From contig JAYWIR010000061.1 in the NCBI GenBank assembly GCA_036172245.1, forward strand, positions 434,001 to 498,000: a DNA stretch of 64,000 nt, in the 5' to 3' direction. Below, piece by piece: positions 24,400 to 37,200 of the stretch (its first letter is position 1; each line of letters begins with the position of its first letter). A program made the position numbers and the translations under genes. Below the pieces are notes generated by a model, which saw only the letters and a list, made by a program, of their open reading frames with translations, was not told the origin of the DNA and did not search any database. Source of the stretch: Raillietiella orientalis (taxonomy: Eukaryota).

Positions 24400-24900
24400 C
24401 TGGGAAATGGACCAAGAGTTCCCTTTGAGGAGAATCTCGGGAAAAGAAAAAAGCGACCGCGCTTTCGTGACAACTAGGAAGGTTCCCGAGGGCCTACCCG
24501 TACCGGATACGAAGATGGAAAGGAAATGCCGCGGGCGAGAATGGAGCTCTTCGCGGGTTCCAGAGGAAACCCAGGAGTGACTGTCCATGTCGTCCGAGAT
24601 ATACGCGCTCCACTTTTCCCACTTTTCAAAAGAACGTCTCTCTAGTTTTTTCGGTCCCCCATCGGTCCCCAAGACGTTCTGAGCCACTGCGCTGCAAGGA
24701 AGCCCAAGAGCCAGCGACCCAGGGAAAAACGAGCTGACCACCCGTAGCAAGGAGTGCGAAGAAGGAAATTCGTGAGCTGGCGACCACACCTCGAGCTGCG
24801 GTGGGTGAGAGGGGCAGCAGGCGTAGCTGCTGCTCCGCTTCAGCGCTCCTCGGAGAATGTGACCGGAAACACTGCGACCCGCCAAAGGGCACGTGCATTC
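24400..24900 (-). mobile_element. Decayed Gypsy RT core
   Basis: ORF 24292-24885: LALGLPCSA (MPFGL), AYISDDM (VYIDDI), TREELH..RHFL (TxEEH..LRxVL), FSFPEILLKGNSWS (FxxxEIxFLGHxIS). Confidence 0.65.
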
Positions 24901-26599
24901 GTTTCATCGATGGCATTCCAGGGAAGCCAGGGGTGCAGGAAGGAAGGGGCTAAAGGGCATGAGGCGATCGGCACGCTTACTGGTGGAGTCGAGAGGCGCC
25001 AGACGGGGTCCCGTTCGTCTGTAGGTGCCCGGAAGCAGAGGGAGAGCCGGGACGGATTGGGACTAATTGAAGAGGGACGGAGAGCCGTTTTCAGGATTTT
25101 CGAAACAGGAAATGCGGTTGGCGGCCGGACCAGCATCCGATCTGGGGGGCTGGAGGAGGGGGTCTCTTTCGGCCGCCGCTTCGCCCTCTCTTGGAAAAGG
25201 AAGGCTCTCTCACGACCGCGGTCCCCCTCTGCTCTAAGCGGCACGATTTGCGCCGCAAGGACGGGCGTGGAGTGACGGTTCCGGAAGAAGCGCCAAGGGA
25301 GGTCGGAGCCTCTTCTGGGACCCCGAGTGGATCGCGCGGGTGCGAAGGCGTTCGCCAGGCGCTTCCGGCTCTCGGACTCGGGAACGGCGGCGCGGGAGTG
25401 GCACCTGCGGTCTCAGATCGCGCGGGAGCGCGCGATCGAACGACCGCGGAAGGCGCGGTCCCGGGAACGCCACGGAGGCGGGATCCTATTCTTGGAAACC
25501 GGAATTCCCCAAATACCGCTCCGCCGGGAGTAGAGGGTCCGATCCGCTCACCGAGGGCACTCCTGGATGCGAGCGGCGGCACCTCTCCCCTCCCCTTTCG
25601 AAGGCAGGTGCTCGCGCTCCTTGGGTAGCAGCGGCGCGAGGAAGGAGCGCACACGATGACCCCGGAACCCGGCCGGAGGGAAACCACCACCACGGCAAAG
25701 GGCGAACAGCGCCTGCGCCCTTTCGACGGGAGGAAGAGGGAGGGGTGAAAGAAGCGTTTTCGGACGCATCGGGCGGGCTTCGCCCGTCCTTCCCTCCCTC
25801 CCTCCTCCCCGGGAAAAAAGAGGAGTGGCTCACCGGCGTCTCCGTCTGGCGCCTGTCTCGCGGTTCCGCGGATTTCCCGGCTTCCCTCTGCCTTCAGGAC
25901 GCGTTTTCGGGTCGTGGAGCAAGTCTTTCCGGAGTGCGAGCGGGGGTGCCACCGCTTTCGCGAACTCCCGCCCGGCAGCTTCCTCCCGCAATCGACGACG
26001 AGCTCAGCCTCCTCCTCCTCCTCCTCCGTGCTGCTGCAGATCCGAGCCGCGACTGCCGCCCGGCACTGCCAGCGCAGCGGATCCTGCGCGGCTCCCCGAA
26101 CAGCCAGACCGCTCCCCCCATTATTTATTGCGCCTCCTTGGCATCGTCGCAATCCGCGCTTCGAAAGCGGGAAGGGCGGGGCGGGCGGGACTCCGTGGGA
26201 GCCGGCAAGAAGAAAAGGGGGAGGGAGGAGGAAGTCGCCCCAGAGCGGCGGCGGTGGAGAATCGCTGCGGATCGCCCTCCCTCCCCCTCCATCGCTTTGG
26301 ACCCTTCTGGTCAGCCTGCACGGTGGCATTCCCCGGAGGCGGCGGCCGGAGACCCGGGTAGCCGAGGGATGGAGGGGAGGAAACCGGGAGGAGGAGGAGG
26401 AGTCCCGCAGGTTTTGTCCTCCTTCGGGAGAACCGGGACCATACCACCTCCTCCTGGTTCTCCCCGAAGGAGACCTCCCCCCTTCCCTCGCCGTCCGGTG
26501 AAGCGCCTTCCGCCTTTCTTCAGCTGCCAGGACTCCCTCCCCTCAGAAGGGCGCTGCCCCCGAAAGAGAGCGGGAATGCCCTCTCTGAGGCGGGAGCGG

Positions 26600-27060
26600 A
26601 GCAGGAGGAGGAGGGAGGGCATAAGGAGGACCCCAAAGGTGGATGAGAAAGGAGGCATCCGCTCCGATGACGGAGAGGGGGCGAGGGTGCGGGTGGATTC
26701 TCTCACTCCACCTTCGGGGCGCCGCCCACCTCGAGGTTTCTTCTCCGTGCCTTCTCGCGGAATGCACGAGGCCGGACACCTCGCGGACTCTTTCGCCGAA
26801 GGGATTTCTCGAGCTCCTCAATCCCCCATTTCCGAGCGCCTTCCAGAGGAGGCCGGGGAAAGGCAATTTGGCAATGGGAGCGGCACTGGAAGGTTCCACG
26901 TGAGAGGCAGGGGGGCGCGCTCCGGAGAAGAACGGGAAAGAGGGAAGAAGGACTCGTTCCGGGACCGGGGAGGGTTTCAGAAGAAATCGTCCAGGAACGG
27001 AGACAGCGGATGGCAATCGAGGGGAGCTCCTCCCTATCGCGCGTTCTTGATTCCTACGGA
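26600..27060 (+). mobile_element. Very decayed integrase core inside the 586-aa ORF
   Basis: VRVDSLT (VVVDRLT), LADSFAEGISRAPQSPISER (LAxLF..PxSIVSDR), TGRFH, GAPPY. Confidence 0.4.
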
Positions 27061-30000
27061 CAGGCCCCTCTCTGGCACCTATTGGCGCTGCTTTCCCTGA
27101 GGAGGTGGGAGGATCCCCTTCGCTCCCGACTGGACCGCCGACGGGGACCAGGGAGGGGTCCAGGGACTCGAAGAGGGAAGAGATGGAAAGTGAAAGGCTC
27201 CTCCAGGAGTCTGCTCGAGGGAGCAGCAGCTCCAGGGGCAAGTGCTGCCGATCGCTCTCATTATTAGCGGGCATGGAAGGACCCCGCGGATCCCGGGAGG
27301 GCGGAACGCGCTCGATAGGAGGTAGAGGGAACGTCGTGGCCCACTTCTCGGATCTCCCGTGAACCCCGCCTCTCCTCTCTTCCTCCTCCGCTTCTTCTTG
27401 CGCCCCTATCCTGCGCGTGCGCGGAGCCTTTGCCCTTGCGCCCCAGTCGACCGCGAACGCACGAGCAAAGGCCGCGGCTGCGCTCCCTTCCCTTCCCGCT
27501 CCGGGAGGGAGAAGAGAAGGAGCTGCCGTCCCTTTCCCTTTGCCTCGCCAGACATAGCTCTCCGGGACACCCCCTTCCCTGGCGCAGGTTCCCGAGAAGC
27601 GCGCATCCGGGGCGAGAAACCCTCCAGCTCTCCCCGAGGAGGAGACGAAAAGAAACAGAGAAGGTCGGGATGCCTTCCTGAAAGTGAGCCGCTCCTCCAT
27701 CGCGCCGCGCCCTCAGGAAGGTTGTCGCCTGCAGAGGCGGGGAAGGACCACAGGACTCGGGAAAGGGGGAGAGGAAGTGGATTGCGGGCGGCGCTCCCGG
27801 AAACTCCAGGTCCGGAGACGCGTGGTTTTCTGTAGGCCGTGGCTGGAGGAGGCGCTCCCATTGAGCACTTCCCGGGACGATCGCGAGACCCAAACTAGGG
27901 ACTGCCCATCTCTGACCCGAAGCGATTCGCAGCCTCCGGAAGCAGAGGGGATGACCCATGTCCATTCTTGGCTCCTCTGTTGCCGGCAGCTCCGCATGGG
28001 CAGGGAGAAGACGAGGCGGATGGCACCCTGGGAGCGACTCCTTAAGATCCTCCTACCCCTTCCCCCCGAAGGGAGAGATGCAGCATCCGTGCGTCCAAGA
28101 AGTTCACTTAGCTCCCAAAAGGGTGAATCACGCAATCGCCTCACAAACGCGCTCCAAGATTCGGGAGCGACGGGGGATGGGGTAGAAGAGGAAAGAAAAA
28201 AGAAGAGGAAAAAGCGGGAAGGGACGGATCCCCAGCGATCCCTGTGGGATGGACGGCGGCGCACGAAGGGACAAGCGAGGATCCCCAGAGATAGCGTGAA
28301 TCCGGGAGAGGGACCTCCCGAAGCGTGCAGCTGGAAGAACGCCTACGTTTCTTTCCTCTCCCTTCGTGGTTCGAGGACCTCGGGCAGAGGGCGAGGGTTA
28401 GCAGGCGAAGAGGCGTCGCTCGCGTTCGGCCCGCAGGAGCCCAGAGTCAGCAAGTCACCTTCAGCCCTCACCTGCTGTTGACATCCCCTCCATGTGGGAA
28501 GAGAAGGGCCCTCGCGTTCCCGGAGGATGCCACCCGGGACTCCGAGCACCGCAGGGGGGATCCGGAAAATTGCGTCGGCTCCTCCTCCCAAAGGGCACCG
28601 GTCCGTGCCTGCTAGAGAATCCGCTTTTTCCCAGGAACCTCCAGAATCGCGAAGGGGAAGGCCTTGCCAAGTGCTGTTGATTTCTTCCCCGGGTGCCAAC
28701 CAGTCCCTCCTTCCTTCCTCCTCCTAGCAGCACGCCACGGGACGCGCCTCGCCCTTCGCTCCCTTGGCTTCGCTTCCGCACGTACTGCGACCTGCAGACT
28801 CCCTAGTGGCCCCGCGGACCCGACCGAACAGGAGCGCACGTCGCACTCCTTCCGGAGGAGTGGAGATCCCGTTCCCTGATTCCCGGAACAGGTCCGGAGA
28901 CGTCCGGGATCAAACCTGCCTTGCAACGGTGGCGGCATCCTCGAGAGCTCGGCGATTCGATCAGCCCGTTTCGGGAAGAGAAGGCACCTCCCAGTGGGCG
29001 GCGAAAGATGAGACGCGCGATGCGCGCTCCCGGCAGACGCTTCGCCATCCCAGATCTAGCGCCGGCTGGGGAGGAACACTCCACTCCCTCCATCCCCGCC
29101 CGCCAGTGTCAGAGGAGACGTCGCGCCGGCAGCAGCTCGCTGGCCGGTCGGCCGTGCACGCAGGATGTCTCTCAGGAGCGCCTCCGCGTCTGTGAATCCC
29201 CTCCTCTCCCGGGAGACGCACGGATCCTTCCCTTCGGGAGCTCGACCCGTCGACCCCTCCAGCGGGTTACGGCGAGGAGGAGAAAGGCGGCTGTCTGCTC
29301 TAACTCTCTCCAGTGGGCGCACGACATCATTATCCCGCCAATGGCGACGGTAGCGCTCCCTCTCTGGGCGTGCACCGGGACCGCTTTGCCACCCAGGGAA
29401 GCAAGCGGAAAGAGGCGAATTCCTCCCGCGGAGGCTTTGTGCGCTGCGTCACCCCATGAGAGCTAGATGGGGGACGGATGGCGCCGGTCTCTCGCTCCAG
29501 GATCTTTTCGCGGACGCACTCGTGAGGGATGGTCAAGTGGTGGGCAAGGACGTGCTTTCTCCTCCCGAAAGCCGAGTGGTCACGTGAGGCTCAGGAAACT
29601 CCCGGTCGCGAAATTGAGGCTAAGGTCCTGTTGAGTGACTGCCGAGAGACAGCCCATCTCTCTGCGCTCCGCTTTCTGGAATCCAGGGTAGCATCCCTTT
29701 GTTCCTCAGGCGGGATTCCTCACAGTCACGAAGACGACGTGGTCTGCCGTCAGCCTTTCGAGGGCACCCTGGTTTCCAAGGAGCTCCTCCCTGGAGGTCC
29801 TGCGAAAGAAGAAGCCCTGGGCATATCGTGTCTATCCGATCTTCCCGATTCCACTTCGGGAACTTCTGGATTCGTTCCTTCTTTTCCCTCATGAGCACCC
29901 GTCCCCCTGAACACGGAACTCCAGGGTCTCTGGCGAGTTTTTTTACCAAACAGAAGTCTCTTTCAAGCCTCAGGGAGAACTCCCTCCCTTCCTCACCCCG

Positions 30001-31229
30001 GATGCGTCCTTCTCTTGCCCTCCCCACGTCTCCTACTTCCATCCCAATTCCGGAATGGAAGTTTTTTTCCGGTTTCCCGGATCCGAATGGCCGAAGAATG
30101 TTATCGGGAGAGACAGGTAGCCCGGGAAGCTGCGGGAGAAGCTGATTGGCCTGTCAGAGGTCCCGTGATTTATGGTGCCACCCTGGGACTTTCAACGCTC
30201 AAGGAACGTCTCGCTGCGTTTCGATTTGCCTTGCTCGGCCCTCGGATGCAGCGCGGATCGTCCGCAGCCGCCGAGACCACTTCTGAAGAAACCCGCCGCC
30301 TCTGCTGCTTCCGGCCTACCTGCGCGCCGAAATGTGGCGGTCGACTCCCCTTCCCCCGAAGACAGAAGGAAGGGACGTATGAGTTGCTGGAGGCTCCTGG
30401 TGCTCATGGACTTAGTTAGCGAACGAGACTTGCCCAAGGGCCTTCCTGACGCACAGGATCTCCCTCATCCTCCTCTTCTTCCTCCTTCCCTCTTCTTGGC
30501 GCCAGCGGAGGCGTCTCCACGTGCGCTTCCTCCCATCCCCTCTGATAGGATCCGACGGGGTGGCTCTTCCGTTCGAAGGGAGCAGCTTTGAGCTCTTCCC
30601 GGAATGGTGGAAGGAGAAGAACCGTAGGCTAGAAGCTGCCCGAGGGCGCACGCGGACCGCAGAGTGGAGTAGGGGAAGGTGGCTGCGCAGTCACCCTGCC
30701 GCTCCTTGGCGCGGGACTCGGCAGCGTCTCTTCCGATCTCGGTTTTCTCTCCAAAGGGACGGGATGGGGGTTGGGGGAGAGCAATCGACTCCCCACCCTC
30801 CCTGGCCAGTGCTCAAGCAGACTAAAGAGAACGGATTGCTTTCGTCTGTTCCCTCCTGGCAAAGTCTGGAGGCTCTCGGAGGAGTTCCAAGAGCAACAAC
30901 AACCGGGACGGCGCACGTGCCACCCGCCCGCCCTTCTACCAGGCGGTAGCGCATGCGAGCTCTCCGGTGGGACTCTGGGGAAGAGACACATTCCCCACGC
31001 GTGGGGGGAGATATGGCGCCTGCATCCGTCGGCCTCCAACACATACCTGCCGCCCGCGTCCTCTCGCTCTTCGTCCGTGCCGAGAGCTGCAGGGCCGGCT
31101 CGACTTCCCGCCCCGTCCGTCGGTTCGCTGGTCCTCCCCCGATCGTCCCTCTTACTGCTTCCACGAATGCGGGTGGCCACCGTTTGTCTCCGTACACGTG
31201 CCACGGGGCGAATACTAACGAGCCCTCCT

Positions 31230-31410
31230 TTCCAGCCCACTCCTGATGCCGTGGCATTCGGTTGAGCTCCCGGAAGAACACTAAAGTCCCTCGAGGGGAA
31301 ATGTAAGTCCTGGTATCATCGTCCTCGTGAGACGCGACCATTCCCCCGGGTCCCGGATAGGACGACCTTGCAGTCGTGCTGAGAAGCGAGTTCGGGGCGA
31401 ATCTCTGGCC
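31230..31410 (-). mobile_element. Short decayed RT fragment
   Basis: LLSTTARSSY..HEDDDTRTYISPRGT..NRMP (FSxLD.xSGY..ED..KTAFxTPxG..RMP). Confidence 0.45.
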
Positions 31411-33429
31411 CGGGTCTTCCTCTTCGCTCCTTTCGCCCAAAAGCGGCATCAGAGCTTAGGCGGCTGCAAGGTACGCGAGATCAGGGAACGTTTTTGCGCT
31501 CCTCGGTGGAAGGAAGACGCACCGCCGCCCTTTGGAGAGGAAGGGGAAGAGGAGGAGGAGGAAGAGGAGGAGAAGGGTATCAGACGAACTCCCAGGTCTC
31601 CATTTCCCACACATCGCACCCTCCTCCTGCCGAGGGGGAGATGCCTCGGAGCGCGCGAGTGCTACTGCGGTTTCCTGGGCTCCCCTTTCTGAGCCTCCGT
31701 TCCAACAGGGAACACCGCAGCTCCCACCCGCAAGAGGAGACGCAACACGTGCCAAAGGTCGGAGTTGCGAGCTAAGTTCCTCGGACCGCGAAGCAGCTGT
31801 CTCCCTCAGGAGGGGAGGGGAGGAAAACCCCGTCGCCAAGGGAGCTGCCAGGACGGACGCGCGCGTCGGCCCTCCATCCGCGCCCATGGATCCGGAGAGC
31901 GAAGGAAGAGAACTTCTCCACGTACCTCTTCGCCACGAGGATGTACGGCCTGATGGCTTCTCCTGCTGACGTCACGCTCGACATGAACACCCCCATCTCC
32001 GAACCGGGGAGAGAGGCTTGTTTCTAGGAGAACGCCAGGGGCGGTGAGCCGCCTCCCCACGGAAGCGACCGGGCCACGGGATGGGCTGCAACGCGGGCGC
32101 CACTGGGATGAGGCAGATCTCCGAGAAGGGGGTGCAGCCTCATCGGCTTCACGGAACTCCTTCGCCGCCGCCAACGCCGGACGTGCTTCCGAACCTGCCC
32201 CAAGGAACGGAGGAACTGCTCTCCTGACACGGCGGGACGCGGTTCCTTCTCGCGCGGCCCGCGGAGGACGGGCTGCAGACGTACTGGTCAGGGATCTCCG
32301 TTGCCGCGAGATCTGTATCTTCCCTCTCCTGCGCGGCTCCGGGAGCGCAGACGCGGAGCGCGCCCGCAGAGCTCGGATCTCCAGCACACACACAAAAACA
32401 GGGAATGGGAAAGAGGGGGGAAAGGAAGAAGAGGAGGAAGAAAATGCGCTAACCGCACGCTTCCCTAGGCAGGCGTCATCCCGTTAACTTCAAAAATCGG
32501 AACACCTCCGGCTCCTTGCTCTCTGGTGCGTGTGTGCTTCCTCTACACGTGCGTGCCGCTGGACGCCCTCCACCTCACACGGAGTGCTGCTGCGCCCATC
32601 CGCGGTCGCCCCCCCACCGCCTACCCAGTTCCGTGATTAGCAGAGCTCACCAGAAGGGCGACCTTGCTTCCGACGAGATGGTGAAGTATGGAGGAGGAGA
32701 AGCAGGATGAAGGGAGAGAAGGCAAGGAAGTTCACTCGGCAGAAACGGGGGTTCAGCGAGGAGCAAAGAAGCCAAGTTCTCGCAGTCGAAGGGCAAGGGA
32801 TGTGTCTGCTGCTTGGGCTGGTGCCTTCCTCCACCTCTTTCCTATCCTGTTCACCTTCTTTTCCTCCCTCGGAAGCAGGATAGGCAGGAAGGACCGCTCC
32901 TCTGTCGGCGCCCGGAGAAAGAAGCCGCTTGGCTGCCCGACTGTCAGAGGAAGTGGCCGAGGAAGGAAGGATGAGGGGGTGGGGAAAACTACCCTGCTCA
33001 TGCAGATGCGTTCCTGTCATCGATCGGCGTCCCGATTAACCCTTTTCCGGGAACTTCGCCAGGATCGGAACTTTCCCGGAGAAGGGAAACCCAGGCGGCG
33101 GAGTTGACAGCCATCCGTGGAGCGTCCTCGTGTGAGGAGGCACCTCCCTTCCCACGCCCTGAGCTGGTCCGCGCGCGTCTGATTCCCAGAGGAATAGAAA
33201 CGTCGCTCCAGGAAGACAGGGAAACAGAAGCGCGCAAGGGAACGTATGAGGATACCACAGTGATCGCTGAGGGAGTTTACCTGCCGAGGACCGGGTCAAT
33301 GTGAGACGATCTGTCTGGGAAGGGAAGCAGCCCCAGCCCTTTAGGGACTAACCTCTCGTGTCCTTTCCCCTCCCTTCATCCTAGAGGCTGAGCTATTCTC
33401 CTTTTTCAGACATGGCGAGACGCCTACTT

Positions 33430-33650
33430 ACTTCCTCGGGTAGCCCAGGTATATCGTCAGGAGAGGGCGCGAAGCGGTATGTCACCCTCCAGGTGGGCCT
33501 CACAGAAACAGCAGCAGAGGCGGAAGAGGGTGTTGCATCCGCAAATTTCCGTCTCGGAGACGTATCTTCTCGTTGAGATGAGACGCCTCTCTCCGGTCTC
33601 CGGGATGCTCTTCGGCAAGCAGTGACATACCATCGGGAACGAACCAAAAC
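33430..33650 (-). mobile_element. Short decayed integrase fragment
   Basis: YVTACRRASR (YVxxCxxCQR) followed by PTW..DDIPGLP (PW..DFIxGLP). Confidence 0.4.
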
Positions 33651-34419
33651 GCTCTCCCCATCCTCCACCTTCTCGCCGCTCCCCCCCATTTCTCTTTCCA
33701 GGAGTTCCGACGCGCTTCCCCAGGCAAGAACCTCGGACAGTGGGGAGTTTCGGGAAGAAGGAAGGGTTCGCGGTGCCCATGAGTGAGAGTTGTGGCTGCC
33801 CGGTGCCGTCCACGCTCCATGGCGCGAACGCGATCGGAGAGGTGAGCGGGAGAGGCCCATCGTAATTTCGGCGGCAGAAATGCCCTCAGGCGAAGGAAGC
33901 GTCATGTTCTCAGCAGCCGTTCCCAAAGGCGTTCCCTGTCGCGATCGGCTCGACTAGCCACGCAATGAGGCACGAACCCACCGGATCTGCATCTCGCCCT
34001 TTTCCCGGGCCATGACCGCGGGTGCCTGTACACCCGCGACCGCAGCTGGGTCTCGAGTGGACTCGATCGTCTCGCTAACTCCTCTCCCTGCCGCCATCCT
34101 GACCGCAGCAAACTCCACCTCCTCTTCTCCTCCCCACCTCCCCACCGTCTTCCTCTCCATCCGTTCTCTCCCCCACGCGCGCTCTCCTTCCAATATTCCC
34201 ATCATCCTCTCGTCTCGTTTCCACAGCTACCCCCTCACGCGATCCCTCACACGAAACTCGCAGAGGCTGCGAAGAGCTGGGAATCACGCAGATGTGACGT
34301 GAAGAAAAAGGTTCAGCCAAGAGAAGCTTCCTCCGCATTTGACCTTTGACCTCCCGTCTCCTTCGGCAAGCAAGAAGGCAATTTCACTTCCTTTCCCCTG
34401 TTTTGGTGCTCTTTTTTTA

Positions 34420-34455
34420 TCGGACCACCGGTACAGATGGATACCGGTGGTCTGA
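34420..34455. repeat. 14-bp inverted repeat with 8-nt loop
   Basis: tcggaccaccggta - cagatgga - taccggtggtctga (one G-T pair). Confidence 0.85.
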
Positions 34456-34479
34456 GCTGGTTCTTCTTGTTTTTCAGAG

Positions 34480-36100
34480 TGTTCCCCACGGCCGAAGCTC
34501 CTCTCCGTTCTTTTCCGTTCTCTAGCCAACAGCTCACCCTGCCTTCTTCGCTGACAGCAGTTACGCAAATCCTGAGAACTCCCTTTTCCGGGAGTGAACC
34601 CGGAACGCTGCATCTGCAAGAAATCTCTTCGTCTGCAAGTGGCGTTCCTGCCATGACCTCCCAGCCACAGTCGACTTGGGGGTGCGTGCCATAGCACCCC
34701 TGAATGAAAACCAAGCCCGCTTGCGGACTCTTCTTCAGAGGCTCCTCCTCTTGCTCGAAGTATCTCGTGGACTCCATCCCCCGATCCTGGATCCGATGGA
34801 TCTAAAAGTAAACCTCCATGGTGCCCTTCTTCCACATATTCGATTCCTTGTGTCACAAGAGTGTTCAGCCAGGAGCGCAGTGGAGAGACCAGGGTGGCTG
34901 AATTTCCAAACGGCCGTCTTGGAAGCGGATTACCCCAGGACCACTCGGGAGAGAGCTTCGGTTACTAAGCGACGGTTTCTTCTTGGCGCACCGTGTCCGA
35001 ATTCGAATCAGTGGGACCAACAGCTCTGGCCACGTTGAGCACAGGCTTACGAGACAGCAGATCAGTGTCCTTCCTTCTTCTCCAGTCCGTTAATACGGTT
35101 CTGAACAAGGTGGCACGTACTGCACTCCCCTCTTTATCACGGGATGCTGTGAAGACAACATTCACGTGACTCCACCTGCAAGTCCGCAACAGCTTCCCTG
35201 GAACCGGATTGCCATCCACTTCTATCCCTTTTCGTACCCTCCCCTTCCCCCTGACGTGACGCACGTCCCTCTTTGGCGACACTTCGCGATGATGGCTGCA
35301 ATCGCTCTCGCTCGCAGCATTCTGATCTGGCAGTTTCTGCTCGTCGATCCCTTCGCCCAACAACGCGCCTCGGAGCGGTGGCGTCGGAGAAGGTTGTTCC
35401 GGCACTGCATGGTCGCGCACCCGAGCGCCGAATTCGGATGCTCCCAGAGAAGCCGTGCCGCTCTTGAGTGGAAGCAAAGCGCGCGCATCAGGGGTAGGGA
35501 AGGAGGGTGGAGGAAGAGGGGGAGGAGCAATATCCGAGAGTGTGATCATTTGGATGCGTCCACGAAGCTCTTGAGATCGAGGGTTCTTTCTCCTGCGGAC
35601 GGACATCCCGCTGCTTCTTCTTCCCCTAACCGAGAACAGCATCAAGGAGTGAGTTTATCTCTTCAGTCGTCGCTGCTGCCAAGGATGGGAACATTCCAGC
35701 CATCGTGCCAGAGTACGTCTGCAGCGCAAGCAGTCTAAAGACGGAGATCAGCTCTGATGTCGAAACGTCTGCTGCTCTCTCGAGCACAGCTGACTTGCTG
35801 GCACCCTTCTCCGTTGTTGCTCTTAGAAGCATGCCAGCTCGTCCCGCCGCCAAATCCCTCGCCCTGGAGTGTCGAAACGACTGATGTACCAGTTCTCGTG
35901 TAATCGCTTGGAAAGGGGATCCGGAGGCAGCAGCGATCCCCAGGAGTCCCTACTCTCGAGAGCACGTGTGTGCCACCAAGGAGGGATGGACATTTGGTTG
36001 CCATGACGAAGGAAGACTGTCCTCCATTCTCCTTGGGGAAAGGGAGGTCCCCATAACTCTTTGCCTTCAGGAAAAAGGAGGAGGAAATAAGAAGCAGGAA
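34480..36100 (+). mobile_element. Decayed Gypsy RH-IN fragment with insertions
   Basis: FSSQQLT/ADSSYANPE (FSRKLTxAERNY..E), LNENQARLRTLLQR (LNxRQARW..LQ), SGHVEHRLT (GHxG..T), LPWNRIAIHF (PWxRIxIDF). Confidence 0.6.
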
Positions 36101-36839
36101 GGAAGCAGGGCAGATGACCTGCGGATTTCTCAGCTCTCTCGGAGGTGAGGGGGGAGGAACCGTGGTGCTCGCTGCGTCTGCTCGTCTAGTGGGTGCTTTG
36201 GTGCGCGAAAAAGGAACTCCTACGGAAGTTTCGTCAGCATGCAGCATCAGATGTGCTTCAGCAGAGATCTGCGCTGGTCGCAACATCGCGAGTTCAACCT
36301 CTGCTCGTCATCTTCCTTGCTCAGGTCGTGGGGCAGTCCCGGCGACGCCACTTTTCATGACAAGAATGGAGGAAAGGAGGGGGTAGGAGGAGTTGATGTT
36401 GGCAGGTGGGATCACAGCGGCAACACACCGCGAGACGCGAGCCGTAGGTTCCGTGAGGTAGCCCAAACTACTCAGCTTCTTCCTCATTCTCGTGCGCGGC
36501 AGCGCAGGCGCAGCCAAAGACGTCAACCAGACGAAAACGTCTGCTTCTGTTCTCAGACCCCTTGGGGTCTGGTGAGAGCAGGGGGGGAAGACGGAAACGG
36601 GAACACCGGAGAGCTGAGAGACGACCTTCGCTTTTCGGGGATTAACTCTTTGGCGGGAGAGGAAGAGATCGCGTCGTTTCGATCGCGTCCTCCACCACCG
36701 CGTCCTCCTATGCTCCCGCAGCTCCCAGCTGACGGCACGTAATTCCGACGTTGCAGCAGCGACGAGGGGTGCTCTCGGAAGACATCGCGCGCGCACGCTG
36801 AGGCACGCCGACTGCTACGGGAGAAGCGGCCCGGAAGAA

Positions 36840-37200
36840 GGGGAAAACACTCCTCACTCCAGACAGCCGAATGCTTCTCCGTGGAAGCACAGGGTTCCCG
36901 ACAGAGGTTTGGATGAGAGGAAGGCGTCGCCGAAGATGCAGAAAAGAACAAGAAAGGGAGGTCTCTGAAAGCACCGCGGAGCAAAGGGTGCGTCCTTCTC
37001 CTCGAGGACATTCGCGACGGTAGCGAGGGATGGAACCGAGGCTGTGGCCAACAGTCGTCGGGAGGGAGCTGGTTGCCCAGCTGCGTTTCCATTGAGCCCT
37101 TGCCTTGGGATCCACGGACCCAGCCGGGATCGCCTCTCGCAGAAGGAACAGCTCCGAAGCGAGTGAGAGGTGAGAGATGAAGGGGATGGGGGTAAGGCGG
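36840..37200 (-). mobile_element. Very decayed integrase core
   Basis: LTRFGAVPSARGDPG (RFGxPxxIxSDxG), QLGNQL. Confidence 0.35.

Noticed and set aside
25340..27100. 586-aa protein-coding gene (and other ORFs over 200 aa)
   Set aside because: Low-complexity R/G/P/S composition, overlapping long ORFs on both strands, and only integrase ghosts. Expected in GC-rich DNA.
34411..34455. Rho-independent terminator
   Set aside because: The T-run precedes rather than follows the hairpin, and the context is eukaryotic.
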